From Bugula neritina (lineage: Eukaryota > Animalia > Bryozoa), in the NCBI GenBank assembly GCA_964035545.1, contig OZ037768.1, positions 19,141,700 to 19,205,699 on the forward strand: 64,000 nucleotides of DNA, written 5' to 3'. This document shows positions 21,101 through 35,245 of the stretch, in pieces. The first letter of the stretch is position 1. Each line of letters opens with the position of its first letter. The translations under genes and the position numbers were made by a program. Below the pieces are notes generated by a model. That model was not told the DNA's origin. It made no database searches and saw nothing but the letters and a program-made list of their open reading frames with translations.

Positions 21101-22579
21101 GAAACAATCATTTTGCACAAGATAAAAGGATAAGAAAAGAGCAGTGATGTCTAGAAGCATTAGGATGAAGGCAATGAACGGCAACGAACTTTATTGAACT
21201 CTCACTCAAATTGCTTCAATCATTCCATACATCAAACACTAGTAAAGAGTTTGTGCCAAGTGCATGAATTAGATCCGAAAGTTGAATGAAACAAGCAATT
21301 GAGTTGCTTGCTGCACACAGTGCTACAACACTGCATATTTTAGCAATGTCAGTAAAAATCTTGTTCTATAGGCCTATTAACTTGTGCATAATTTGCCTTA
21401 ATATCTTTGCATTTTATATGTATTTGTTCAATTTGTAATTACAAGAGAGGCTTGTTTTATTGCAAACAAGTCATGTGCATATTTACTGCAGGCAGGTGAT
21501 TCCTGTTTAAACATCTGAGCAATATTATAATAGAGTCCATAACTCCAAGACTATATTACCGAAGAGAATGCTCTCAGGCTCTTAATATTTCTTACTAGTA
21601 ACTAGTAGCTAGTATAGCTATAAGTAACTAATAACTAGTAACTAGTAACTAGTTTAACTAGTGACTATATAGTGACTAGTGACTAGTAACTAATAAATAC
21701 TACTATATAGTCTAATATGTATTTGGCTTAACTTTGAAAATTCTGCCAATATACTGAGTTTAAATGCATCAAATTATAATAAGGCTTACTTTCATCAAGA
21801 TGCAATTCACAAATTTTCAGTTCTTTAACATAATAGAACACTTTTTTCAGTTCTCATTCATATCTTATAATGTTCAGAGGTCTCTCAAGTTGATTCATGG
21901 TCACAGTTTCAGAACTACATCTCAATAAAGCATTTTTGAAGTGTCTGAGTTTGAAAATAACTTAGGACAGGTGTGCGATTAAAGAATGATTTTTGGACTT
22001 GAAATTCTTTGAATAGCTAGTAATATTTCACTTGAATATCAGACCACCAGGTACAGCAGCTGTTTCACACTATGCATGAAAGTTGAAACATCCTTTGAAA
22101 ACATTACATTACTCTATTCTCTACAAACACAAGGCATAGTGAAAAAGGCAGGCGCAGCAATAAAGTAACCGAAAAGAGCCTAGGTGTTCTTGATGAAAAA
22201 CATTTGCAAAAGAATATATGTTTCCCGAAACTTTTATCAGCTCCCCAAAACAAAATTAGCAAGACAAATGAAGAACATAGGCTATTAAAGTTTCTTTATC
22301 ACTGCACCTAGCCATAGCTCCTTACCAGACAACTCCCAGGAAGTTACTGACTGCAACAAGCAAGTCAGAGCACGACAGATAGGCTAAGAACATGCGGCCT
22401 TTGGTCCTGAGTTCTGACATCGTAACCAGAATATACATAATAATGAGAGATCCACAAATCGACATCACGGACATGACACAGGTTAAGACAGCGTATGTAA
22501 TCCCTAGTGCCACTGGCACCTGCGGTGAAGTGTCGCTCTCTGACCCAAAATTTTCTGAAGCAAAGTCACTGATATCCAT
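18181..22579 (-). CDS. GPR157: GPR157-like G-protein-coupled receptor (cAMP-receptor-like 7TM family), about 427 aa, 6 exons
   Basis: Exons 22579-22326, 20958-20478, 20253-20017, 19613-19476, 18904-18790, 18239-18181. The last exon is less certain; read-through to a stop at 18746 is the alternative. Motifs: SICGSLII, LAYLSCSDLLVAVSNFLG, C.IQ...S..SFFWTSVIA, HLICWGVP, WWCWI, LSGKLWEIASY, NKKLLFVPLVFILARIWGTLRF, LQGLGDSAQGFFNC. Confidence 0.85.
18486..18692 (+). mobile_element. tRNA-derived SINE, near full length (about 200 bp)
   Basis: A-box-like tggtctacggg and B-box-like ggttcaacc. The body ggccattggtgatgttaggaagagcatc...taattgctcc...ctgaataa...ttctcacaggg..ggtgactata is shared with 39803-40002. 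Confidence 0.8.
20328..20422. repeat. (CA)n-rich microsatellite
   Basis: Imperfect CA run in a GPR157-like intron. Confidence 0.9.
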
Positions 22580-22976
22580 ACTGTGTAAAGATATGAAAAC
22601 GTGCAAGGGGTAGAAATCTTTCAGCACAGCAACAGAGCACCTGCAGCCACCTGCCTGTCAGTCATCTTTATGGCATGCAGTATACAAGAAAATCCTGTGC
22701 AGATGATAGGCATTCAAGCTTACTGCTGTACAATGATAGAGGAGCAGCTACTATTACTAGATAGTGTATGAAAGTTATACCAGGAAGTTGCTGAACTACT
22801 CTCTCATTTACTAACCTATTTCCAATGAGTTCACTCAATGCAACTTATTTATCTTATCATCATCTGCCAATACTTTCCGCAGCGATAGCTTTTATTTGGC
22901 ACTCAGCCAACTCAAACTTGTCATTTGACTTCATATCTGCATTCATCATATAAAACGTGCATATGATGTGTGTACT

Positions 22977-23080
<104 letters not shown>

Positions 23081-26000
23081 TTATAATATATACAATAAAT
23101 TATATACATATATATATAATCCTTGAAAAAGAAAAATTTCGAAAGCAACTGCTTTTTCGTTTTCTAAAGCCGGCATAAAACGATGAAATAACTAAAAATA
23201 TGCTTTTTATAACAGTCTCAATAACTTGAAGCTTTAACAGATTTTTTTATTACGCTGCGAGTATATTTATTAGGGGAGATAACTCCATATTACCACTGCC
23301 AGAACAATATGTCTATTTTCTGTTGTCTTTTCTATATTCTTATCAGGGGTACAGCTACAAACCTCAACTAACACTGTAACTAACACTGTACATGCATACA
23401 GCAGTCACACAGTTTACAGCTAGTGTGCACCACGTTAATAGATTGCTAGCTCTGGCGTATACATTTGCAGACCGAGTGTCAACTAGTTGAAAGTCTATTT
23501 TCAAGACTTTGTGAACTGAGTTTTTCAATATTTTAGCAAAGCAGCTGTATGTGAGTGTAGTTCAAATTTATTTTTTACATGCTTACTGCCCAATATTCTC
23601 TCTACATTATCAGGTACATATCTGGGCCTTTCTGTTCCTTTGAGGACTATATAGGAGGTATAATACCCTGTTTGAAGTTTGCTTCTTTGAAACTAGAGAT
23701 AAATGCAATAAATTAAATCACCAGCAAATTAAATAATAGCTTGTTTTAAGAAGATTGAGTAGTATCTAAACAGTTCTGAAGAATCAACTGCATGCATGTG
23801 AGCATAATTGTAATGCTGTAAATTATAATTCATTGCAACAAATTTTTCATCTTTGTATTATATAAACAATTAGAGAAGGTAAAGAATGGCAGGTCAGCAC
23901 AATTTTTTACTAGTAAACATGCACAACACCAAAATCTTCTATGCATCTATATAAGTGAAAAATTGATCGGAAAAATACTTTCAATATTGTCACCATAAGA
24001 AGTAAACAATATTTTTTACAAAAAAAGCCAACACCGGTAGTAATTTCATTCACATACCGGAATAATGTCTAAAACACAACTTTTTTTTAGAATTATTTAG
24101 TGATATTTATTTTTTTATAAATAGAAAAAAACATTAATATGCATCTTTATCTTAGAAAATTTATAGTTTCAAGTTTCAACTAAAATCAAACTGATATTTG
24201 AAGGATTTGAATTTTAATTGTTAGTTCTTTAGAGTTGTCTTTTCTATTGGCTATGCAGCTGTATCTAAAAATATTTTTATGGTGCAATAGCTATAAGGGA
24301 ATACAAGCTGCTTATTTTAGACCAATTCTTTTTATTGCTATAGCCGTACCATAATATGTCTAGTGTAGGACAGGGTTATAATATCCATACACATCACAAG
24401 CTCCAAACATGTGACTATAACAAAAATGTTCATTTTGTAACCTACATATACAACTAGATGTGAAGTTATTATTAGACCAAATTATTAAATCTACAGTAAC
24501 ATTGGCTAATTTAAATGAGGCTGATATGATTTTAGAGCAATCTTAAAAATTGAGTTAAATTTTGTAATTAAAACCTTGTTGCCATAAACTGGGTTTCAGG
24601 ACTGAAAAAGAAAGCAGCACTTTTTAAATAACAAGAAACTCCCCCCCCCCCATGAATAACATTGCATCTGGTTTGCCTTTATTTATGATAATTTTGTGCT
24701 ACATATTTTGATAGCTTCAAGCTATTGTAAGAGCAAGACACATTTAAAATTGGAATTGTCATTCCACTGTCTATGCTATAACGCAATAGACATAATGAAA
24801 TCATAGGTTGTGATATGATAACTTCAACAGCAGTACAAGCACCCACAAAGCTTCTAACACACCACAAAGCCCAAAATCTTACAACTTGTTAGACTAACTA
24901 AACTACGAAACTACAGGCTGGATGGGTTTTTCATTTAAAGACCTGAAATATTTGATCCTCTCAATAGTGTGGGTGTACTTAACCTTCAGAGCTACAGCTC
25001 AGCGTATGCATGAGTTTAAACAAATACAAGCAAAAGCTAGTTCAAATAAAACTGCTGTCACTTCCTTGCTGCCATTATTAAACTAGCATGATCTTATAAC
25101 ATTGAACACAATAACAAGTACCAGCTGGGCATATTTGAAATATTCTATATACAAAAAATATAAAATAAAAATTTTGGTGAGGTGATCAAATAAAATTTTA
25201 GCTGGTAAAGAAATATAGTATAGAAAATTTTATGTGTACGTTAAAAGAAAGATATTTTCACATTCAACATGAATTCGCTATAGTTCTTAAAAACTGTACA
25301 AAGCATGCCCTCAAATCATATAATTGTAATTTAAGCTATAGTCACTAGAACTCCTTTATTGGTGATATGCTACAAGACTTTGACATTTTTAGGAGGACGT
25401 AGCAAGCTATTAAACTACCTCACTAGAACTGTGCTGCAAAAGCTGTAAACTGGACAAGTTTAAGAAAGTGAGCATAGAGTTACATTCATAGCATAGCGTT
25501 TATTACTTTTAATGTAATTTACTGCAAAAGTATGGTACTTTAAGAAAGTTAATATACATTATCAATCTAAATAAAGTACCACTGTTGATTTAAAGATGCT
25601 ATTTCGCACTGGGCCCCACCATCACTTCCGACAGCTTTATTTTATATATACTGTTATTTGTTACTATGTTTCCTTTCTAATTGTTTGTCTGCTCTTGTAA
25701 CTTATGCTAGTTGTAAAACACTATATTATGATAAAAATAAAACACACACACGAGCACACACACACACACACGCACCTTTTGTCATTACTTTTAGCTATGT
25801 TTTAGTTTACACACAAAAGAATTAATCACCATATTGCTTCAAGGTTTTATTTATAAATTAGTTCTATGATGATGTCATTAACCTACATTTACAACCTATT
25901 TTACTCAAAAGCCATCTGCAATGTTTTTAATGGGTAACAAAAACATTTCTCTTCACTTTGACTTGCTCAAAAAGTTTCACCAAAAGGCATTATAATTATG

Positions 26001-26975
26001 GTATTATAATTAGACTTATGAGATGCAAACTTTTATATTCTATTGCCAAAACCAATAGCTTTTGCTGTACCTACTGGTAAAATTTGAAAAATAAAAATTT
26101 TAAACCACAAACCAAATAATTAGAATAAGAAAATTGTATGCATTAAAAATTAGCTACATGTAGCAGCCTTGAACAATAACTTGGGCCTTCCATTAGTCCT
26201 TCTTAACAAACCAGTGTTTGCTTGGCTTCATAGGCTACATTCAGAAAGGAAAATTATAGTTAAATAATTTTATTTTGTTTAAAGAACTAACATCAAGTTG
26301 TCAGCTTACTAGTAAAAGTACCTGGGAGGTCTCACAGGGAGTACAAGCTGAACAGTTGTGCAGCTGTACTTCACTGCTATTATTACTTTCACCATTAAGT
26401 AGCCACTTAAAGCTTTGCTATTGTTATATTTTCATTAAGCTTGTCAGGCGTTCTTCAAATTGTTCATGGCAGGCCCACTTGCTAGCACTTGCCTAGCGTT
26501 GGAGTGGCTGCAGAGTGCATTCTTATTTAGACAGCGGCATTTGGTGATAAGTGGAAACTTAAATCTGCTCGTGATCTTGCAATTTTCGTAGCACAAAAGA
26601 AATTGTAAATTAGTTTTTTTATGATTACCAAATTATAGCCATCTGTCTCACTAACTTTGTAAATACATAATTGACTCTTTGGAGTAATAGAATTACTCTA
26701 GTTTTAGCCTATTGCCCTCTCAACTAAACTAACAAAATTAGTTTTGCCGAGCATAATTTCTATTCTAGATCATTGATTTTTAATAAACTGACAGTTCTAA
26801 AAAATGTAATAATGCATTCAACTAAAGCCACACGTGAGAATCTTTTAACTGTTATAATTTTAACCACAGACTATGCTGCAGGGTAGTTGGTTGTTGCATA
26901 GTTTCAGTTTATAGTTACTATATCCATGTGAGAACCTCTGATAGAAAGCTTTTTTTGTTAAAGCAGCTAACAAAC

Positions 26976-27088
26976 AATTATGATTAGATGCTCTTCCTAG
27001 CATCACCAATGGCCTTTACTGGGGTTGGAACTCAAGACTATTGGTCTACTGAGCCAGCGCTCTAACCCCTAGACCACGACTGCTCCCT
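26976..27088 (-). mobile_element. tRNA-derived SINE, 3'-truncated copy
   Basis: Reverse complement of 18486-18600 (gatgctcttcctagcatcaccaatggccttt...ctctaacccctagaccacgactgctccc). Confidence 0.8.
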
Positions 27089-27644
27089 GTTGTTAAATTA
27101 TTTTAATTCTTTTCCAAAAGTTTTAAATCAAAAACAAAGAATTGCAAAACTAAGGCGTGAGACTATAAGTTTTAATTTGTGCTTAAATCAATTTCTTAAG
27201 TTGGACAGGGAGCAAAAAAGATACAAATAAAGTTGTGGTCAGCTCAAATTACTCAAAAAATTTAACCAAGTTTATAATATTTGGCATCAGATAAATTTAT
27301 TATATATAAATTAAAAGTTCTTTGCACAAAAGGAAAGGCTAATCTATTAATAAATAACAAATAAATCATATGTGTAAGATGTGACAACTTCAAACTGACT
27401 ATTAAAATGATAAATTATGATTCATTAAGTTACTGGTAAAATTATAAAAAACGTAATACATTTAACAATGATTAAAAAATCTTATTTGAAGAAAGCTTTT
27501 GAAAACAAAGATTTCTAAAATTGCTTTTTTATCAAGAAAATATATTCAACAATTGTGAGATTTAAAAATTTTGAGCACTTGGTCTAAGCAAATTCAATTT
27601 TACAGAACACACTGTGACATTGTAATAAGTATTAATTGACCAGA

Positions 27645-29267
27645 CTAGACTTGACTTAGACAAAGACTTTTAGTACTTGGGGTGGGGAGAGAAGGTGTCC
27701 GTCTATATGCTACGGAACTGTATTTGCTCCCCACGTTATCTATATTATTGTTACTACTTTTATTACAAGTCATTTGAAGAAAACAGCTTCTCCAGGCTGT
27801 CACCGTTTTTCCAGACCAAATCCAAAATCCAGAAGTTATCCCAACAATGTGATACATAAAATATTTGAGCATAAATATAGAGTATTCTGGTTTCCGTTTG
27901 TCCACTTTACAGGGACAAGCTACGGAGGCAGCCCACTCCTCCCGATAATGCTGTTCATAAAGATGGCAGGCTATCACTATAGTTGCTGGAACTGTGTATA
28001 TGATGGAAAACACCCCTATTTTTACCATGAGTTTTTCTAGTTTCTTAATTTTTTGCTCTCCTTGCTGTTTGATGGTATTTCTGATTCCAAAGAGACTTAC
28101 AAATCCAGCTAACAGAAATGATATGCCCAGAATTAAATATACAAACAAAGGTATGAGTACGAATACCCAAAGTTTAGTTGAGTCAGTGTTGCCAATATAG
28201 CAGATCCCTGATACAGGGTCTCCATCTACACTGGCAGTGGCTAATATAATAATACTCTTAATGGAGGGAACGATCCACGCAACTATGTGAAAATACTGAG
28301 AGTAGCTAGCTATGGCTTCTTGTCCCCATTTTAAACCAGCGGATAGAAACCATGTGAGGCTTAAAATCACCCACCAGATGCACGCTGCCATGCCAAAAAA
28401 GTAGGTCAGCAAAAATACGACTGTGCAAAGAGGCGGGCCGGTGGTGGCATAGTGAATCATTTGCTGACTGCACCCGACAGCTTGCCTTCCAAACGCTAGT
28501 CTGATTACATATCCTAGTCCTACCATGAAGTAGCAGGCAGAGAGAATAATGATGGGCCTTTCAGGGTAAACAAATCTTTCTCTGTCCAAGACAAATGTGA
28601 TAACTGTGAGGATGGTGGAGACGCAGCAGAGAATGCTCCAAGAACCAATCCAGAACATTGTAAACCTATGAGAGTCAGGTGTAAAGTAGTTGTCTTGACA
28701 TCGAATTGCACAGTTAGGCACCCCAGCTGTATGCACTTTGTTGAAGTAGGTGGAAGTCTCATTAACTCCTATTAACAGAGGATCATTGCACCTGCAGCTA
28801 CATCTTCTCATCTTGCTGACTATTTCTGCAACAAAAAGCAAAGCGTGAAAGTTTTGTACTAGTACCTTGTGGCCTGTAAACATGAGAGAAGCTATCAACT
28901 CATACACAGTAAAGTGACTATCAAGTATAGTATAACAGTCAGGCTTTGTTATGGAATAGCTGTAAAATGTAACAAATTACTCTTCCTTTTTGTGGTGTGT
29001 CAAAACTATCAACATAATTAAAACTATTAACCAACTGTCATTGAAAATGAATTAAAAATATATTTAAGCTAGTGTCACAATCCATAAAATATTATAAGTA
29101 TTTTAATCCAAGCATGTCACAGTAGGAGTGTTGGTTAAAAATAGGGATGTTTAGTAAGTGTCTATAATTTGCAAAATAAAATAACTTGTGACTGGAAAAT
29201 TGTTTAGGCAAGTGCATCCCATAGAATAAATCAACTTCAAAATAAAATCATGACCTAATTGAGAAAC

Positions 29268-29330
<63 letters not shown>

Positions 29331-32300
29331 TGGGAAAGAAAAAGAGAGATTCTAATATAGACTGATCATATTGGATTAATTGGAGTATTATTACTATTAG
29401 AATGCAAAGGAATACAATATATTGTGCGGTTTATCAAGACAAGCCCACAGCCCCCACGGAAAACTTCTAAATTCAAAACCTAAATTACAAACTGCAGATG
29501 TTTCAGGTCAGAGGTGTTTTGGTGTTGAAATTACCAAAAATTATCAAAATCTTTAGAGAATCATTTTAAACTGATTTGTGTACATCAAGTGTCAGAAAAA
29601 TTAAAATAACTGGAATATCCAATTAGAACAAACTTCAGCCTGCTGTCACAGCTGCAGCAGCAGTTCATGTTTCTACTTGAGGCCAGTTTTATTTTTCTCT
29701 GTAACTCTCTAACATTATCGTGATTTACTGTCACTTGTCAAAAATTGAGTGATTGTTAATGAGATATAAATCCTGCAATGTATACAATTATTGGTGAAAC
29801 ACAATAGTGGCATTTCATTCAAATTTGACACACACACAACAAGAATGTATATTTAGCAAACTGCCTATAGAAACTTTTCACCATACTGAAACTAATTCCA
29901 TTGTATTTATGTTGAATTATGTCATCTAAATAAGGAAAACGATAAACTTTGTAACTGTATTTCAATGCATTTGCAGTTCGAAATATAACTACAGGACAGA
30001 TATTTCTAACAAATGATATTTTGCATGTTCATTAATAATTGCAAGCAGTTAGAATAACAAATAAAATAAAATAATATGAGTTTTGATCTCTAATATAATC
30101 AAGGATTATGAAACTCATAAGAAACATTATAGTTAGTAAATTTGATTTGTAATTAAACCTCAACAGTTACATTTAATTTTAATTAACAAATACTACTAAC
30201 ACCAATAGTGCAACTACTTTATGCCTAAAATAATCCTTATTGAAACCTTTCAGGTGGTAATGGTGATAATGAACATTTTTAGCTTGAAGACATCACAGCT
30301 AGTATTTATTATACCTTTTACAAATTAACTAACCTAAAAAATTATTATTAAAAATTCTAAAATTACTTTAATATTTCTGCTCAAATTATTTTGCTGGATT
30401 CTGTAATTACGAACTAATAAGTGTACCTAGTATTCTGGTCATCTGCAGAAACTATTTGCAGAGACTATCTGCAGGATATAGCAGGACCAACTGCCATTGC
30501 TCTTTGAACTAACTTACTAATTCTTGTTTTTTTATCAAATTGCAAAGTTAGCACTTAGCTGGTGGCTTGTTCCAGCTTTATATAACAAGTGTATACCAGC
30601 AGTTCTACCAAGGTTTAGGAATACCCAGCAAATTATGTAGAAATTCTCTTTATAGTAAACTTTTTTGTACAAAATAACATGAGTCCTACAACTATCTATA
30701 ATTGTTACACAGCAATGTAATTTTCAGCTCTTTGGACTACGAGAGGCAATAAAATTGATAGTCCTAATAGTAACAATCAGTAGTTAAAGCTGATTTATTT
30801 AAAAATATTATTTTTACACTTTCACTTTAAAATAAAATTAAAGGATAGATGGTTTTAACCTAAGGTAGGCCGCTAAAGTATGCCCTCACCCACATAGAGT
30901 GCTGTTTTTATGAGCAAAGAGATACAGCAGATTTGAGTTACACTTATACCAGATTATGAGATTATCATGTACAGTGTAGTTATATTATATGCATTACATT
31001 AATCTACGATTTGATCAAGACTTAAGGTAAATGGATTAGAAAGGATTATATATCTTAAAAACGCATTTAGCCTAACTTAAGCTCAATGTTAGGGTGTAAT
31101 ATGCAGTATTATGCTTCACTTTTTTCTATTATTAGCTTGTCTACGCAAACTAATCCAGGCAGCAATCACGGCAGCTGCCTCCACTGAACCAGCTGCTGCT
31201 ACTAAACTGTCCTTTCCCCATGCGTACAGATTGAGGAATTGCATTTTCCTTTCAAAATCTTAGCTCTAACAGAAATACTAACAAGTATGTTGTGAATAAA
31301 TTGTTATTAAAATATTGAACAATGTTTAATTTACGAATTACCAACTTATGTGTCACCACCAGCTTTATGTGTCAGAGGAAACCAAGTTCAGTACTAAGTG
31401 ATGCCAAAAGCCCTTGATAAAAACAACCTGGTTAATGACTTTCAATGATTTGAGCCGCTCAGAATTTTGATAACTTTTAAGATGAAAAGCACCTTGCTAG
31501 CTGAACAAGCATTGCGCTGTTCAGTTCACACATAAGCTCGCGGTTAACTGTGCCTAATACAAGAAAAATAGAGTATATTGAAAGTCATGTAGTTGGTGTA
31601 ATTATGGTGGTAGTCTTAACATAACCATCCTGCATCTTCCAGGATCACTACCATATCAAACAGCTATTATATTCTAATAACATTAGGGGTGTAACACACC
31701 TCGTGGTAGCTAAAGTCTACAGGAGTGGGGTTACTACTCAAGTATGTTATTTAGAGATTTGCTTATCGCAATGTCAATACAAATTTGTGTTTTCTACAAA
31801 CTGCTCATTATTTTAAACAAAACAATAGGTTAGGTTTGCACTGAACAAGCAAAACATCATGATACTGTAAGATAATGCAGTTATGCTGTGTGTAGATGAG
31901 ACTGTTTACGTATGTACAAATATTATCATTTACTGTCAACTACTGTGGATATTACAAATGTGCTGGAATTTATACCAACAACAAGCTATTATAAGAAGCT
32001 TGAAGAACGTGGATTTTTATTTAACCTAAGTTCCAACACTCTAGTTGGGTGTTTAAGTGTGCACCTACATGATTAGTCTACAAAAACCAACTTCTAAGTA
32101 TACAACATATATTTCTAGAGCTAACGCCTACCCCTCAAATCCAAGGCTGTTTCTACCATGAAATTTGGCATCTTACTAGGATTGCAAAACTTGCTACATT
32201 ACACCTCCACTCATTTACTGTTTTATTCTTTGCATAGAGCACAGGCCAATAGGTTTATTATAGTCTATATAAAGTTTATAATATAAACTTTATATATTGT

Positions 32301-34258
32301 GTTATGAAATATCCTAGCACTTATGAAATTGGGTTGTATTAGTTAAAATAAACTATTTATGGTCAAATTTATAGCCCCCTTCACCTCCCACAGTGATGCT
32401 TTTTCTCATAACTTGAATAGTTGTTGGAAGTAGGTTGAAAACTTCTCCAAATTAATATTTATTAGCTAGCATAAACAGTTTGAAAGTTCAGTGACATTAA
32501 CTGTTTATTTTTAATCATCTGCTGCAAGACAAAATAAAAAAATGTTTCTTAACTGACAAAATAATTCATAAAATGGTTGCATTTCAAGGCTGTCAAACAG
32601 CTAGCAATCTGCCTTGTCACTGAGAGTGGAAGAATATTGAAGCTAATTATGTTGACAGGTGACATGTGACACAAGTGCTCTACTCAACTCTATGGAATGG
32701 CTAGAGTGAGTTAATGAGTTCTTATATCTGCTCAATTTAAATCCTATTTCTAGGTTATTAGAGCAGAATAAAATGCAAATTCTTATTTACTAATCAAGTA
32801 TAATTAATATATTTAGAAGGTCTAGTACTATTTCCAATTCCAGTTGAAGTACCGCTATTTGTGAATTAATGCGATACCCTTCACTCAGTCACACTGGTAA
32901 TTGCTAATTAGAATAATATTCTACAGTTTTATTTGAAATATCTCTCCTTTGCAAACTATGCCAGGCCTATAGAGCAATGTTTTGTTCTACCAGCTCTGCC
33001 TTGTTAGAAATATATTTCCTAACTGGCAATCTTTCACAAGAATGTTGTTATTTTTAGCAAGTTGTGGAGTAACATAATTATTCCCCATTTAGCCCAAACA
33101 TGTAGACAAGAGTAAATGTTGGAATAGATTACTTGCCAAGTGAGCATTGATGATATTGTGGTTAAGGCAGCACCAATTATCAAATTATTAATATAACATT
33201 AACTCATTGTTTGGTATATTAGCATAAATGTAGCTTTGCTGTAGGTCTGCTGCAACATTGTTTAGGATATGTAGAGGAATAGGCAAGGGAAAGATGATAG
33301 CTGTAGTCATATGTATAGATAATACAATAGTGACACTTTAAGTGTATCATGGAATGCATAGACTAATCAACATGACAGTTGATAAATATTATTATCTTAT
33401 AACTTTTGCCACTACTTATAAGGCTGTATTAGAAGAAAGCATGTGTCAATTTATACTACAAATAAATGAGCACAACTTTATCAAGTACGTTGTTGATAAC
33501 TATTATTAACCTAAAGGAAGTGCTCCACCTCTTTTACAGTAGAAAAGAACGTAAGAAAAAACCATATAATATAATATATACAAATAACGCAAAGTGCCAT
33601 AGCTAATGATGTAACAGCCTTCAAGACCCAACCTGTAAAAAGCTCACTAATTACTATGACACTTACCAGATCCTGGTTGCAAGGAAAGATACTGGTTAAC
33701 ATCTGTGCCTTCTTCTGAACCTGCTTTGGGCTTTATATTCTGTTTATTTTGAATAGATTTGACAGGTTTTGTTGGAACTGGGGGTAAGGTTGTCGTTGTT
33801 ACGGCAGATGTGTTGAAATCCATACACAGGTTTTCACTGTCTCCGTATTCTGGCAAGTTCTCACAGTTCATTTTGTCCGGCCAGGAGAAGCCATATTGTC
33901 TCATGAGAGGTGCACAGCCAGCCTTAGCTCTCTCACACACACTTCTACAGGCAGGGAGGGGCTTGTGGTAGTTCTGTATACAGATGGGGGTGTACAGACT
34001 GCACAGAAAGAACTGGAGGTCCGGGGAACACTGAATCTCTACGAGCGGCCAGAACTGATGAACCTCCAGACCAGCCTCTTCTTGATTGTCGTGGTTAAAC
34101 TGGTTTGGCATATACGTCTCATTATAACCAATTCCCTTACACATGGGAACTGTAATTTCTTGACACGTTCTCTTTTCGTATCTCGAACTAGAGTCACTCT
34201 TACTTATTCCAAATGTTAAAATTATATGACCGAACAGCCAGGATAGATTTAGCTGCAT
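27645..34258 (-). CDS. FZD5/8: Frizzled 5/8 Wnt receptor, about 590 aa, 2 coding exons
   Basis: Exon 34258-33667 has a signal peptide and CRD (CQEITVPMCKGIGYNETYMPNQFNHDNQEEAGLEVHQFWPLVEIQCSPDLQFFLCSLYTPIC). A phase-1 intron follows. Exon 28825-27645 has the 7TM region with YPERPII, GLKWGQEAI, KLEKLMVKIGVFS, KTxxxW (KTVTAW) and the C-terminal PDZ ligand LSQV, as in FZD8. Confidence 0.97.
29268..29328. repeat. (GA)n microsatellite
   Basis: Dinucleotide run in the frizzled intron. Confidence 0.95.
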
Positions 34259-34322
34259 TTTAATGGTTCGCTAGTGTTTCATTCTATCACCACCAGTGAA
34301 GGTAGACAATCGAGCGGTTAAC

Positions 34323-34438
34323 CTAAAAAACGTTTAGTGCAAATTTTCAAACACAGGTCTACATAATTCTAAGTCTTCCAGTAATAAACATACAAGTAGA
34401 TTTAGTTTTACATGACTTAGAAATGCTGAAAATGCTTA
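34323..34438 (-). other. Probable short 5'-UTR intron of frizzled
   Basis: Minus-strand donor aag|gtaagc at about 34438 and acceptor ttttttag at about 34323. Confidence 0.5.
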
Positions 34439-34974
34439 CCTTTGCTTCTAGTTGCTATATGTCACTATATTATGCCACCCAATGTATTGATATACTTTAA
34501 TATTTCACAAGCTTAGCTGTCTGATATGGAGCCTTTAGTCAACTTGACAGTGAGCTTCATTAATGGATAATAATTACTATACTGTTTATTATAACATTTA
34601 TGCTGGTGTACAGCTACAAGCCATCGACCAATGAAAAAGCAGATTACTGTCTCAAGTACTTGCGATTCTTGCCAACATAATCAACACTGTTTCTTTCACT
34701 TAACGGCAAACATGTCATGAAATAATATAAAAGAGAAACAGTTGGAGTGCTTGTCACGGAGGTTAGAGTTTGATGTAGTTTATTTATTTAACAAGTGGTG
34801 TCAGCTGACCAATGGTGTGATAATTGATCTTATACTTGAATGCGATTAGCTACAACAAGCTGCCAGTTGAGCCAGTATTGTTAATTTCATTTCAAAGCAC
34901 CCTGGACAGTCGCACATCACAATAAATAATATTATAATTATCTGAATTCCTAATTGCAATATAATATATAGCTG

Positions 34975-35245
34975 AGATTATGCAATACGCAATACACACT
35001 ATAGAATATGGAATATAGAATATATAATATAGTACATAGTACAAACAATACACACTATAGAAAATAGAATATGGGATATAGAATATAATTAATATGAAAC
35101 ATAGTATAAACAATATACACTGTAGAAAATAGAATATGGAATATAGAATATATAATATAAACCATAGTGTAAACAATACACACTGCATAAAATAGAATAT
35201 GGAATATAGAATATAGGGCATAGTTATATACAGAATACATAGAAT
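34975..35245. repeat. Degenerate tandem repeat of about 60 bp (aatagaatatggaatatagaatatataat...aacaatacacact), about 4 copies
   Basis: Visible periodicity; source of the Y/I/F-rich spurious ORFs. Confidence 0.85.
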
